Shown one piece after another: positions 25,322 to 38,559 of a stretch of DNA of 64,000 bases; position 1 is the first letter of the stretch, and every line of letters begins with the position of its first letter. The stretch is taken from NCBI RefSeq assembly GCF_001194135.2, contig NC_068995.1:38848705-38912704 (forward strand), written 5' to 3'. A program made the position numbers and the translations under genes. This DNA comes from Octopus bimaculoides. Taxonomy: Eukaryota. Under the pieces are notes generated by a model. The model was not told the origin of the DNA, did not search any database, and saw nothing but the letters and a program-made list of their open reading frames with translations.

Positions 25322-25767
25322 GGCATTTCAGAAATATTGGATATAAAATATCTGTAACTACGAACATACTGCATATATATCTATAAATTAAACGGCAGGT
25401 TGCCAGGACGATATTTGTTCGACTGCCAATAATCATTCCCGCTATTCCACCATCCCCGTTTCATTGTCTTTGGCAGTTTTTGGCTTACTATCTGCATTAT
25501 TATTGTATGTTTACATTCTTGTTCTACATTCTTTGGCTCTCTATCACTCACTCTCCATTTCTCTAGGTTCCTTTATCTATCAGTTACTTATGCACTTTAA
25601 AACTTAAAATTTTGAAGCCCAGTTTCACAAGTATATAATGTACATACATACAAACATATATACATACAAACATGCATACATACATAAATATATTATATGT
25701 TTCTGTAGGTATATGTGTTTGTTTGTTTGTGTGTGTCTGTCTCTGTGTGTTTCTGTGTCTGTATCAA

Positions 25768-25814
<47 letters not shown>

Positions 25815-26938
25815 NNNNNNNNNNNNNNNNNNNNNNNNNNNNNNNNNNNNNNNNNNNNNNNNNNNNNNNNNNNNNNNNNNNNNNNNNNNNNNNNNNNNNN
25901 NNNNNNNNNNNNNNNNNNNNNNNNNNNNNNNNNNNNNNNNNNNNNNNNNNNNNNNNNNNNNNNNNNNNNNNNNNNNNNNNNNNNNNNNNNNNNNNNNNNN
26001 NNNNNNNNNNNNNNNNNNTATATATATTTGATGTATATATATGTATATATATGTATACCTATACATATATGGATATGTATATATATATATATATGCGTGT
26101 GTGTGTATTTATGCATACATAATATATCGCACGGATATTCTCAGACACAAAAATAAGCAAATAGGAAATACTCATACACGCGCACACACGTACACATACA
26201 CGTAGAAATGAACATATGCATTTAGATGTGCTTGCGAGCGTGTGTATGTGTGTGTGTGTGTGTGTGTCTGTGTGTGTGAAAACAGTGAGAGAGAGAATAT
26301 TTTTGGTGAGGCGTATACGTCAATTTAATGATCCTCCGCTTGTGAACTATGAAACCTTTCATTGATCATCGTCTATGCAAACCTTCATCAATGTCCGTGC
26401 ATGTGAATATTGCGACAGCGTTCACCATACTCCGAGTCTACGTACACGGTTTCCATATTCAGTGTTACTCGACCGGGTACCACATTGCAATACCTAAAGT
26501 TTTAAGTTCACAATGGATTCTATAAAACCTCATAGATCCTCTGCACCCTACCGACACGAGAGATTAAGCGCTCAATATATGGGTTATAGGCACAGGAATG
26601 TTTTTCAGTCTCAACCAAAAGACCCTTAAAATGTTGAACGCCATTTTCTATTTTACATTTGTTTTTATATCAGAGTGACCTTCTCCTGGAGAGGTGCTTT
26701 AATAAAAGGTCAGGGGTGACACAATTCTAGTAGTCTTCCAGCATGCTAGTCACCAACCTTGCATTTCTGAGGGCACGTGCAATAACTAGATAGTCGGTGA
26801 AGCTACATTAGTTTCATCCGTCCTATGGACATACATACATACATACATACATACATATGTAAGTATGTGTGTTGTTTGAGCTGCATTTTAATATGTGTGT
26901 GTGTGTGCGTGCATGCGAACGTGTCGGCGTGTGTGTGC

Positions 26939-26982
<44 letters not shown>

Positions 26983-28263
26983 NNNNNNNNNNNNNNNNNN
27001 NNNNNNNNNNNNNNNNNNNNNNNNNNNNNNNNNNNNNNNNNNNNNNNNNNNNNNNNNNNNNNNNNNNNNNNNNNNNNNNNNNNNNNNNNNNNNNNNNNNN
27101 NNNNNNNNNNNNNNNNNNNNNNNNNNNNNNNNNNNNNNNNNNNNNNNNNNNNNNNNNNNNNNNNNNNNNNNNNNNNNNNNNNNNNNNNNNNNNNNNNNNN
27201 NNNNNNNNNNNNNNNNNNNNNNNNNNNNNNNNNNNNNNNNNNNNNNNNNNNNNNNNNNNNNNNNNNNNNNNNNNNNNNNNNNNNNNNNNNNNNNNNNNNN
27301 NNNNNNNNNNNNNNNNNNNNNNNNNNNNNNNNNNATATATAAATATAAATATATAAATATATAAATATATATATAGCTGTGTAGTGGTTTCCAGTCCAAA
27401 CTCCGGGCTTGTGAGGTTATATACGACACTGTAAAGAACTTCGTTCGATTACAGTACTGCTGCATAAGACATATGCCAGAACAAACTGAAATCTCTTGTT
27501 TATTAAATGACATTTATCTGTCGGTGAATGGAATACTTTTGGGTTTTTGAGAATACAATTAACGACACAGTATATTAGAGTACATTGCACACACACACAC
27601 ACACACACAGATTTATATATGCGTGTGCGTATTAACTGCAAACTTCCTGAAAGCCCTAAATTATATTAATTCAAAGTTCACATAATTCACATAATTCATA
27701 ATCCCGTGTTCTTTTCTCATGATCTATATCATCTTATATTACGGACACCAATGAAGTTAATTCTCATTTCAGATATTTTCAAATTAAAAAAGAAAAACAG
27801 TATTATATATGCGTCTAAATTCTCATGCAACATAACCATCGGTATTTCATCGGCAGTGAAGTAGGGTAGCGATACTGAACTGACTAGGTTTTTAACTATG
27901 CACACTTTTTCTAAAAACGGAAAGTGTCTAGCGAAATGGTGGGATATTGGATCCTTTTTCTAACAATCTACATAATGTCTATTTCCCCGTAATGCTTTTT
28001 ACAGGGTGAAGAAATCTCCACCTATCACTCAATCCACCTCCATCTTTCTCTAACTTTATACATTACATTTATTCCTTTGAAGTCCCTGCCTGACGTCTAC
28101 TTTCTCACTCTCTATATATCACTCTCTATGTCTCTATCTCTCTCAATCTCTCACTCTTTGGTTGTGTATGTGTGTGTCTCTCACATTACTTATACCTCGT
28201 TTTCTTTCTAGAGACAAAATATCTGATATAGATAGGGGCTTAGCGAGAAAAAAAAACAAGTGA

Positions 28264-28308
<45 letters not shown>

Positions 28309-28310
<2 letters not shown>

Positions 28311-28890
28311 TAGCGGACCTCCCGGTTTTCGGCGTGGTGTGTACGGTGTTCAAATGTATTCCGCAGACACATATTAGCAACTGTCGTAATGCCTATTTTC
28401 TTTACGATAAATGGTGTAAAAAGGTATTCCAATATTGCATAATATATTTTCCTTTACATATATTTAGATTTCTGCAGCGTTTGCTGGAAATCTTCTGAAA
28501 CTTGTGAATGGCAAAATATCCCTTGACACTGAAGAGTATTTTGATACCTCATCATTCTGTACTATTGTGCAATGATACAGGCGTAGTTGTGACTGAACTA
28601 CAGCCTCGCATTATCGAAGCAAGTATCCTCACTGGATGTGGTAATTGAAACATTGTATTTATACCTAGAATACCGCTAATACCAACAGCTGTTCCTTTTC
28701 GTTTCAAACGATTGCAATTTCCTCTGAGAGTGGGTTACACAACGACCATTAACAAGTCCCATGGTCAAACACTGCAGGATGTCGGTCTCCATCTAGAAGA
28801 GGGCTGATAGAAGCCCACATAAATTATTCATATATTCTCAAAATAAAAATGTTAAAAACATTGTGTATATACTGAATTTCTGTAAATGTT
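28309..28890 (+). mobile_element. Helitron remnant with PIF1-like helicase C-terminus
   Basis: FAGNLLKLVNGKI, then IEASILTG...VFIPRIPLIP...FKRLQFPLRVGYTTTINKSHGQTL and KNIVY; begins ACTAGCGGACCTCCCGG. Confidence 0.9.
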
Positions 28891-29104
28891 TTATAATTTT
28901 CGTACAATACATTTCTTTATTACTTTTCATATTACGTACTGCATATAGATATACTAGATACATCTTTAAAATTATGTAATCTTCAAACATCGTTTAAGAA
29001 TTTTTATTGAAGGAAAATGTGCATTCCGATCGATACCAATATGTGTTTTATGAATATATTTCAACACCATACACACCGGACCGTAAGCCGAGAGGCCGGA
29101 TAGA

Positions 29105-29300
29105 CTCTGTGTGTGTGTGTGTTTGCCCCGCACCACCGCTGGTGTGTTTACGTTCTCGCAACCTAGTGACAAAAAAGGCCGATAGAATAAGTACCAGTGT
29201 TAATAGAAAGAAGGTCTGGGGTCGAACTGTTCGATTAAAATCTTTCAAGGCAATACCCCAGCATAGCTGCAGTGAAATGAATGAAACAAGTAAAACATGA
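29105..29300 (+). mobile_element. 3' half of a (GT)n-containing SINE
   Basis: (GT)n, CTGGTGTGTTTACG, CCGATAGAATAAGTAC, CTGGGGTCGA, CCAGCATAGCTGCAG, TGAAACAAGTAAAA. Confidence 0.75.
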
Positions 29301-30734
29301 AAAAAACAGAAACGAATATAATGATACTGATTTTAGACATAAACCTTCAAATCTGAACGTTTTGTTACGTTTATCGCCACTGTAATCTTGGATGTACACA
29401 ATTTCAGCTCATATCATAATAGTATATGACAAAAAACAGTGTTCGCTACTCAACCAATTTTGTCTCACATTTTGGGAAGTTGTATGATTTCTTCTATTGG
29501 TTCGAGTTTTTGAATAGTACTAAACTTCTCGGCCAGGAAAACATGAAATTAAATTCGATAAAAGTATAAAAATTGCTCGTAGATATGAAGTTTAAAAAGA
29601 CAAACTGGTCTACAATGTCATAGGGCCAACATATCTCGTCACCCTCAACATCACAAACAACATTTGTAGTTTTACTGTTCTGCATCTTCTGATTAACTTT
29701 ATCTGTGTGGAAACATGTTCACAAGCACATACGCACTCGCACGCGCGCCAGCGTCCCGCACGCACGCACGCACACTCATACGCACACACACGCACACTCA
29801 TACACACGTTTCTATATATTTGCCGCCATTTTCATTTTGATAGATATGTTCTTTGGATATTTTTATGAAGAATGTTATAAATTATTCTGGATTATCAGTT
29901 ATTTTTTTCCTCCTAAATGCAATCACGCATGATTGTAAATGCGCGACTAATTTGTGTTCGAAGCAATCAATATCGTTTTTAATCAAATTACGGAAACGAA
30001 ATCAGATAAATTCATATGTTTTAAAGCAAATATTCATAATCATATTGAATAATGCTGATTGACATCGGCAGTATTTCAGTAATTGGCTTATGATTACATT
30101 TTTTTCTTTATGTAAGTTTACGGATTCTTTTAACACAATTTATTTTGGTTACCTATGGTATTTTTATGTTTTATTAGTAATTTAGATGCTTTCACTTCGT
30201 GTATTTAAGCATATGTGAAAAGTATGTAAGATTTAGTTTAGTATTTTGTTTATGAATATTTCCCTGTACAAACAGCTATTCATATTTAGTCAACATCACG
30301 AGCTATAATGCTTATACATTAACCTTCCTTGCATTGAAAAGAATGTTGGGTATTACGTCTCTATACGCGGAGGGCATAACTTGGGAATATTTTGTTCTAT
30401 GCTCAGAGTTGGATATTTAAGAGAAGAGGAATATTTTATTAAGAAATGAATAGCTGAACAGATGAATATTACTAATAAATGAGATGAAGCGTGAGTGATT
30501 ACAAAGTAGTAATGATGTAAACGAAGCGAATGAGATTCTATTATTAGAAATTAGCTGATTATTCATGGTTTTGAAGTCATTAGAATGGAATAGGTGTCCT
30601 TTAACGTTTTCTCTCTCGATTTTCCTATTTCTTTAGAGTGGATTCATTTTGCTTTCCAGCAATCAGGCGCCAGTGAAATGTTTGTTGATTACATAGGATA
30701 ATCTAATTCAATAACTGATACTATTTCCTTTTAC

Positions 30735-30879
30735 AAGTAGTAGTAGTAGTTGTTGTTCTTGATCTTCTTATTGTAGCAGCTGCAGTGACAGTAGTAGTAG
30801 AATTAGCAGGTGCAGCAGGAGCAGTAGTAATGGTGGTGGTAGTAGCAGCAGCAGCAGCGGCAGCAGCAGAAGCAGCAGC

Positions 30880-30924
<45 letters not shown>

Positions 30925-31080
30925 GGTAGTAGTAGTAGTCGTAGTTGTAGTGGCAGCAGCAGCAGCAGTAGGAGGAGGAGGTGGAGGAGTAGGAGTATGA
31001 GTAGGAAGAGATCATCATGACGACGATGATGAAGAAGAAGAAGACGAAGAAGAAGAACAACAAAAACAACAATAACAAAG
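30735..31080. repeat. Mosaic trinucleotide tract (AGT/AGC/GGT/GGA/GAT/GAA/AAC)
   Basis: Directly visible. Confidence 0.95.
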
Positions 31081-31929
31081 GAGAATGAAAATGTAGGAGC
31101 ATTTAGTGCATAAACGTTTCTAGTTTCAAAATTTAAAGTATAGAAATTCCAGGCCCTTAGCTCTACTAATTTTCTTGTACTTTAGTCTCTACTTGACTGA
31201 GACTAGGTAACGCATTAAACTTTTGGATACATACACCATTCACATTTTTACTTTTAATAAAAATACATGACAGCCATTTACACAAGAATCTTCAACTCAA
31301 AAGTTATATCCCAATATATATATATATATATATATNNNNNNNNNNNNNNNNNNNNNNNNNNNNNNNNNNNNNNNNNNNNNNNNNNNNNNNNNNNNNNNNN
31401 NNNNNNNNNNNNNNNNNNNNNNNNNNNNNNNNNNNNNNNNNNNNNNNNNNNNNNNNNNNNNNNNNNNNNNNNNNNNNNNNNNNNNNNNNNNNNNNNNNNN
31501 NNNNNNNNNNNNNNNNNNNNNNNNNNNNNNNNNNNNNNNNNNNNNNNNNNNNNNNNNNNNNNNNNNNNNNNNNNNNNNNNNNNNNNNNNNNNNNNNNNNN
31601 NNNNNNNNNNNNNNNNNNNNNNNNNNNNNNNNNNNNNNNNNNNNNNNNNNNNNNNNNNNNNNNNNNNNNNNNNNNNNNNNNNNNNNNNNNNNNNNNNNNN
31701 NNNNNNNNNNNNNNNNNNNNNNNNNNNNNNNNNNNNNNNNNNNNNNNNNNNNNNNNNNNNNNNNNNNNNNNNNNNNNNNNNNNNNNNNNNNNNNNNNNNN
31801 NNNNNNNNNNNNNNNNNNNNNNNNNNNNNNNNNNNNNNNNNNNNNNNNNNNNNNNNNNNNNNNNNNNNNNNNNNNNNNNNNNNNNNNNNNNNNNNNNNNN
31901 NNNNNNNNNNNNTATTAAATCTCATAAAG

Positions 31930-32560
31930 AACAGAATAAGAAAAATTTTACTTAAAATATTGTAGCTAATAATAAAATTTGAATATTAAAAATTATTTGA
32001 TTTTAATTTACAAAGTAACATTATAATTAAAAAACGGTTCCAACATTTTAAAATATTGACACACTAGAATACTTGAAAAATGAGACCCAGAAGTACCATG
32101 TAGCTAAAGTTTTATGTAAAATAGAATAGTATATATGGTAGGCAAATTCATTATGTAAAAGATAGGCATTGGGTCAAGACTAAAAATGTGAAGATTGGCA
32201 ATAACTTGGGCAATAATTCAAGGAAATCTTATTGTGAATTTGGTGTTATAGATAGATTTTATTGTAATATGTAACTCATGTTTGTATTGTTCTATTTATT
32301 CTACTAATTAATTATGTACAACTACTATTTTTGTAAACTTATTTCAAATTTTTAATTATTAATTAATGATTGACAAAGAAATTTTTTTAAAGTGGAAAAA
32401 TATTTTAATTGAATAATTTTTAAAATTTTTAATAGAAGTAGCAAGTGATAAACAATAGAAGTAATAACTTGTAATAAAAGCTGATATTTTCTAAATCTAA
32501 ATATTCTATTTCAAATTGTATCCTTAGCTGTAATATTTTAAGTAAATTTTCTTGTTTTGT
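31930..32560. mobile_element. AT-rich foldback / MITE-like remnant
   Basis: AAGAAAAATTTTACTTAAAATATTGTAGCTAA (about 31937-31968) is the near reverse complement of TTAGCTGTAATATTTTAAGTAAATTTTCTT (about 32524-32555), with weaker inward extension. Confidence 0.4.
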
Positions 32561-33599
32561 AATTTTCCCGATGTAATAACTTGACCTCAATTTTTTCCAA
32601 GTGTAATAGCTCGCCTTGTACTTTTCCAGATTTATAAACTTAATATTATTTCTCTTGCTCGCATTTTTCCATTTAATTAATTATGGGAGCTATAGAATAA
32701 AAACAAAATACTTCTGAACACTAATATGGAGAGACTAATTTAAGTAGGCTCTTGCGTGTATTAAATTTTTATAGCATGTGCTTGTATATTAATCAGCTAT
32801 ATAATTAATTCACTTAAAGTACCTGTGCACATTGAATTATTTTATATTCAGCAGGGATAGATAATTTTATAAACAGTAATACGCAATTGATTTTATTCAT
32901 GCTTATTGTAGCGCTCATTTTGGCATATGCAATTATTATAATAATGTATTTATGAGAACGATTAGCAGCATAAAGGAAAGGCTATATCAATACCGCATCA
33001 CTGCTTGGCTCGGTGAGAGCATAGCGTCATTTTAGATTTCTATATACATATATATGAAAATACATACAAAAATAAGAGGAATGACCAGCAGAAGTGGACT
33101 CCTATATGCTAGAAATAGATGCCGAATCATCTAACCACGAAACAAAAATATATATGTTCTCAGTAAACATTCAGTGACAAAACAGATTGTAAAAGGGCAA
33201 GACAAATGAAAGGTGTTAGCAAGTTGAAATGTGTATTGGCTCTGTCCCATCGCCTTGGCTTATAAGTTACCGGCGATGTGGTTTTCAGAGTATGCCACGT
33301 TACATTAAATGTTTCCCCACTGAAGTTGTGACCGCTATATTTTACTTATAAAACAATATGTTCTTACTATCACATTTTAAATTTCTAGATATGAAATTGT
33401 GACCATGTAAAATTCAAAATGTAATTTTTATCTAATTTTATCTAATTTTTATCTAAGATGGAAAACTAAGTGAGAAGATGTATTTTATGGATGCTGTGTA
33501 TTAAGTCTATAAATTTATGTATAAATTATAAAAATAAAGTGCATTAAGTAATCATCTTATTCCAATTTCGTTCACTTTTCAATGACAAGCACTCGTTTG

Positions 33600-33981
33600 G
33601 TTGGCACTCCGTCGGTTACGACGTCGGGGGTTCCAGTTGATCAGATCAACAGAGCAGCCTGCTCGTGAAATTAACGTGCAAGTGGCTGAGTACTCCATAG
33701 AAACCTGTACCCTTAACGTAGTACTTGAGGATATTCAGCGTGGCACAGAGTGTGACAAGGCTGGCCCTTTGAAAAACAGGTACAACAGAAACAGGAAGAA
33801 AAAGTGATGGAATGTTGTGGTGAAAGAGTACAGCAGGGTTCGCCACCATCCCCTGCCGGAGCCTTGTGGAACTTTAGGTGTTTTCGTTCAATAAACACTA
33901 ACAACGCCCGGTCTGGGAATCGAAAACGTGATCCTACGACTGCGAGTCCGCTGCCTAACCACTGGGCCATTGCACCTCCAC
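33600..33981 (-). mobile_element. Near full-length tRNA-derived SINE
   Basis: Head GTGGAGGTGCAATGGCCCAGTGGTTAGG (A box) and TTTTCGATTCCC (B-box-like); tail GATCAACTGGAAC...GTCGTAACCGACGGAGTGCC, shared with 45660-45955. Confidence 0.88.
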
Positions 33982-33987
33982 ACAATG

Positions 33988-34120
33988 ACTAGCAGATGAA
34001 CGACTATCTATTAATACAGGCATAACATAGGCTACGTTCTCAGGTGTTTTGAATAACGTTTTCAGGTATTACCCAGTAGGTTTCCTATAAATTCCGTGAA
34101 ATATTCACGGGTCCCGCTAG
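33988..34120 (+). mobile_element. Miniature Helitron or Helitron 3' terminus
   Basis: Starts ACTAGCAG; subterminal hairpin CCGTGAA-ATA-TTCACGG (34094-34110) is followed 6 nt later by CTAG|T, the canonical Helitron 3' end. Confidence 0.7.
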
Positions 34121-34139
34121 TTAAAATGATCATTATTAA

Positions 34140-34300
34140 AGAGTCGAATCGACAGAGTTGTTACTACACTGGACAAATGTTTAGAGGCATTTCGTCAACT
34201 TTTCCTTTGACTCAAATTAAGCCGAGGTTAACTTTGATTTTCATTATTTTGAGGTGAATAAAATAAGTACAAGTCAAGTACTGAAGTACAGGAAATCAAG
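34140..34300 (+). mobile_element. Degenerate SINE, same family as 16047-16250
   Basis: GGCATTTCGTC...TCAAATTAAGCCGAGGTTAACTTTG...ATAAAATAAGTAC. Confidence 0.6.
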
Positions 34301-34822
34301 TACCTACACCCACAGTAAAAAAAATACAGGCCGTCTGCGTGTTGTAGAACGGATTATATGATATCATTATTGAGTGTGTTTAACGCAGCCTATGCCTACT
34401 ACCACTTGAAATATTAATTTCCACTACCCTCTTACATCAGTTTATATTTTACTTTGATTTTCGTGTGTTTTACATGTTTATGTTTTCTGTTTTGACTTCT
34501 ACGCAGTTGGTTGTCTCTGTTTGACTCTTCATTTTATTATCCCATCGTCTAAACCAGTGTTTTTTAGTTCATGGTCTACTTGGAATGTTTAATTTTTCTC
34601 ACGGTCCCCAGATATTATTGATGAAACGAATCAATTAGTTTTGTAATAAATGGTTAATAGTAAAAACAAATCACATTTAAAAACCATTAAATGTCTAATA
34701 AAATTAAAATTTGTGAAATTTATGAAATGCTTACGAAATTTGAAATATTAATCTCGTTAAACTAACTCTATCGTCGTGAAATATATGTCTATCATTATTA
34801 CGTCTATCATTATGGTGTCCTA

Positions 34823-35120
34823 ACGTGAAGGCTCATGTCTCAGTGGTTAGAGCATCGAGCTTACGATGGTGAGGTTGTGAGTTCGAATCCCAGACCGGGG
34901 TGCATGTTGTGTTCTTGAGCAAGACAATTTATTTCACGTTGACCTAGTTCACTCAGCTGTCGAAATGAGTTACAACATCACAGGTGCCTAGCTCTATGGG
35001 CCTTTGCCTTTCCCATGGATAACACTGGTGGCGTGGAGATGGGCGACTGCTGGTCTTCCAGAAACAATGTTGCCCGGACTTGATGCAATCATAGTCAGTC
35101 ATGACCGAAGGGGGTCTAAG
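34823..35120 (+). mobile_element. Full-length CORE-type tRNA SINE with target-site duplication
   Basis: A box TGTCTCAGTGG, B box GAGTTCGAATCC, CORE-like GTTCTTGAGCAAGAC...CACTCAGCTGT..AAATGAGT; 12-bp direct repeat TATGGTGTCCTA at 34811-34822 and 35124-35135. Confidence 0.9.
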
Positions 35121-35377
35121 CAATATGGTGTCCTACATTCTAGGCCTCTGTCTGCAATCCAGTTGTCGATGTAAGCTTGATGACGTTTCATATGAATTCA
35201 TTTCTGTGAATATGTAAACTTCAACAATATGGGATGAAAACAATTGTTCAACAAAATAAACATTTAGAAAATCAGTCTTGTTTCCTATAATTAAAGTAGA
35301 GAACTGCAAAATACTAAATTATATCATATTGCAATGAAAAATGCAGGCGCATGCATATTAATATTATTAAGTTGTCA

Positions 35378-35800
35378 AGTCGGCGAACTAGCAGAAATGA
35401 TAGCACGCCGGGCGAAATGCTTAGCTGTATTTCAGCTCTCTTTACATTCTAAGTTCAAATTTCAGCTGTCTTTACATTGTAAGTTCAAATTCCGCCGAGG
35501 TCGACTATGCCTTTCATCTTTTCGAGGGCGATAAATTAAATACCACTTGCATACTGGGTCGATCTAATCAACTATAAAATTTCGGGCCTTGCGACCAGAG
35601 TACAAAGGAATATTTATTTTTAGGTCGTCGAAATGCTTAGCGGTATTTCGTCTGTCTTTACGTTCTGCGTTCAAATTCCGCCGAGGTCAGCCTTGCCTTT
35701 CATTCTTTCGGGATGTAAAATTAATTACCGGTTGCGTACCGGGTCGATCTAATCGACTGGCCCCCTCCCCCAAAATTTCGGGCCTTGTGCCTAGAGTAGA
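35378..35800 (+). mobile_element. Two tandem SINE copies (16047 family); the first carries a 30-bp internal duplication
   Basis: Copy 1 about 35378-35585, copy 2 about 35620-35800; 35431-35460 is duplicated at 35461-35490. Confidence 0.85.
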
Positions 35801-36091
35801 ATATAATATTCTTAAGTTATTCCCCCTGGTAATATAGAAAACAAGATTTCTACAGTACAAATTGCTGATTCGTCCACTCTAGAGAAAACTAAAATAACAT
35901 TTTAAAATTTGAAATACGTTATATATGGTAAATTTGAAATAATATGTTTTCTTTATTGGGAGAATCTAAAAAAACATGTAAATCTTTAAAAAACATGGTA
36001 CAGATATAATCAAAAATAAATTTAAATAGCAGACAATAACATTTTAAAAAATTCCTATATTCTATTAAAGCAAAAATTATAAAAAGTTTAT

Positions 36092-36262
36092 TAGGTTTTT
36101 CCAAAAATAAGCCCCTCCTATTTTAAACTTTAGGGCTTATGTTCAGGAATTCTTTTCATGTATAGCCCCAGCAATTTTTATTATTTTTACATAAAATCCA
36201 TTTAAGCAAAATTATTGAAGTCTGTATTGAAGCCCAGGGGCTTACTTTTGGGAAAAGCAGTA
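36092..36262. mobile_element. Tc1/mariner-superfamily (Tc2/pogo-like) MITE, about 170 bp
   Basis: TA-GGTTTTTCCAAAAATAAGCCC ... GGGCTTACTTTTGGGAAAAGCAG-TA imperfect terminal inverted repeats, with an internal GGGCTTAT echo. Confidence 0.6.
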
Positions 36263-37340
36263 TTTTACAAATATATATATATATATATGTACAACCTACA
36301 TACCTCCCATTTTACATAAACTTTCAAACCATTCGTCTAAATTGGATATCTACTTCAGATTTCTTCATTGTCCACGTTTTTTAAACATATAAGCAGCATT
36401 ATTATCTACATTAAATATAACTGTGGAATTTTATAATCTATTCCTGTATTCTACATGACTTACAATTACTTCCTGCATTTACATTTATGAAAGTTGCTCC
36501 AATCTATGCGAAAATATCCATATTCCATACAATAGTCTCTGAGCAATGTCAGAGCGATTCCCGCTGCCACTTAATGCAAATCACACATACAATTCCCATA
36601 TGTACTATATGTAAATTGTTCAATTGACCTTCTCAATTTTAAACGTCTTGTTTCTCGATGGTACACTTTTTCTTTTCAAACAAATCTTGCAACGTTTAGT
36701 TTCCCTGATATAATATACCACTAACTTTCTCTTTTTTACACAGTCCTGTCCTGGTGTGTCATGTCTATCATATTCCCAGCAGTATCTCTATAGATATTGA
36801 TTGAGTGAATATATTCCGTATTATTTACACTGTTTGTTTATGATGTTTTGATGTCATGATGTTATGATGTTATGATGTTTTCGGGACCATTTTAAAATTA
36901 TGTAGTTTACACATGATTCTGATTTTGATTGTTTAATCATGTTACTGATAAACCAATGCGAGTGTTTTTTTTTTTTTGTAGTTTCTCTGAAGTCTGCAAA
37001 TGTATTTAGAAACGTGTTTAATTAATTCTTTTCTTTTCTACCACTTTTTTTCTGATGCTGTTTTTCTGACATACATTTTGACATTTGTCTGAGCCTGATA
37101 AATTTGTACACAAGTGTGTTTTAATACATCCCCCAAAAAATCTGTACCATTCATATAGTTTTGTTTGGCTTATAATAGCATGTTGGGATGTGTTAACATG
37201 TGTCTAGTAAACTTGTTAGGAAGTGCCAAGCATCTCTTCATATGTGTTCAACGTCTCATAGGTTAACACGCTTTAGTTTGATTTCTATACCCGGAATATC
37301 TCTGTTTATTTCCCCACTATGCAACACACACGCACACACA

Positions 37341-37385
<45 letters not shown>

Positions 37386-37461
37386 GTTTGTTACAGACAC
37401 TATCACATCTTAAATTTTTTTAATTCATGAATTATTGCAGGCTTTTAATAAGTCTACACAG

Positions 37462-37583
37462 GAATGAAGTACGGAGAACAAAGGATCGTTAATCGGCTGC
37501 GTCGGCGCCCGCAAAAGCGCTCGACATGCACGGCGCGCTTCGCACCAGATAATGAACCACCACTCGGCGGTGGAAATAAACAG
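37462..37583 (+). other. CpG-rich island; candidate exon (MKYGEQRIVNRLRRRPQKRSTCTARFAPDNEPPLGGGNKQ) or regulatory element
   Basis: Abrupt GC/CpG-rich 120 bp in AT-rich DNA, bounded by CACAG| and CAG|GTACCT, with one open plus frame. Confidence 0.3.
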
Positions 37584-38517
37584 GTACCTTTTTTGCATGA
37601 TTTAGCACCTTGGCACGATGTATAATGATAGTGCATTAACATTAGGGATATGTTTTTATCAGGTGAATTAAGAGTACAATTTATCATGTAACTATTTAAA
37701 AGCCACTATGCTGGCATATAATGAAGCAGCAATTTCCTAGAATAAATAGAAATTTCGCTGTTGTAAGACGACAAATGTCAACATCAACTAAAATATTTCT
37801 TTCTCTATATATAGTCTGCTAAACAAGTATAGTTTACTTTTATTAAGCATAGTCTTCTAGTAAAATATAACCCGGTAGTCAAATATGGTCATTTGTTCTC
37901 TCACCGCAGAGATTTTAAATTGAAAACTACTTTACTGAAAACATTTCTCAAATATACTTCTATGTCTCTATGAATTTATGCATATAATTTTGTTTATGCT
38001 AACGAAAGAAAAAAGGAGAGAGAGAGAAGTGTGAGGGTGTGAGTACGCGTGTATTTTGTATTGTCTTTGGTTGAGCTTGCTATTCTAATACTGCGTAAAA
38101 TATACTATTCAATGTGCCTCAGCTCTCTCAGATGTATAGCCATAAAGCTGCAAAATGACGCAATATTTATGACTTTAGACATTAGTCTATATAAATATTT
38201 TCTTTTAAAATTCTAGACCAAAGTTTAGAACTGATATCTGAAGCAGTCAGCTCAAAAATAATGAGCGAAATATCCAAATGAATACAAGAATTTTGTAATA
38301 CAAATCAAGGAACATTTTTCACCATAGTTGATTGCTGTATCTATCGATTGTTATCTATGTAAATACTGACCTTCTCTGGTTATTATTTTCTCTATATATA
38401 AACATGCATCTCGTTTTATGCAATAACTATGAACACAAAGAGTTGCCTGCATCTGTTCAGTTGTTTGATCAGAGAAATAGGCATAAATAAAACGTTAACT
38501 GCAATCACACACACATA

Positions 38518-38559
<42 letters not shown>

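Noticed and set aside
26385-26487. Minus-strand exon candidate YCNVVPGRVTLNMETVYVDSEYGERCRNIHMHGH*
   Set aside because: Short, with a weak acceptor and no recognisable family; indistinguishable from chance without expression data.
33900-33981. tRNA genes at the tRNA-like heads (also 34823, 52816, 63068)
   Set aside because: A and B boxes are present, but there is no complete cloverleaf and each continues into a SINE body.
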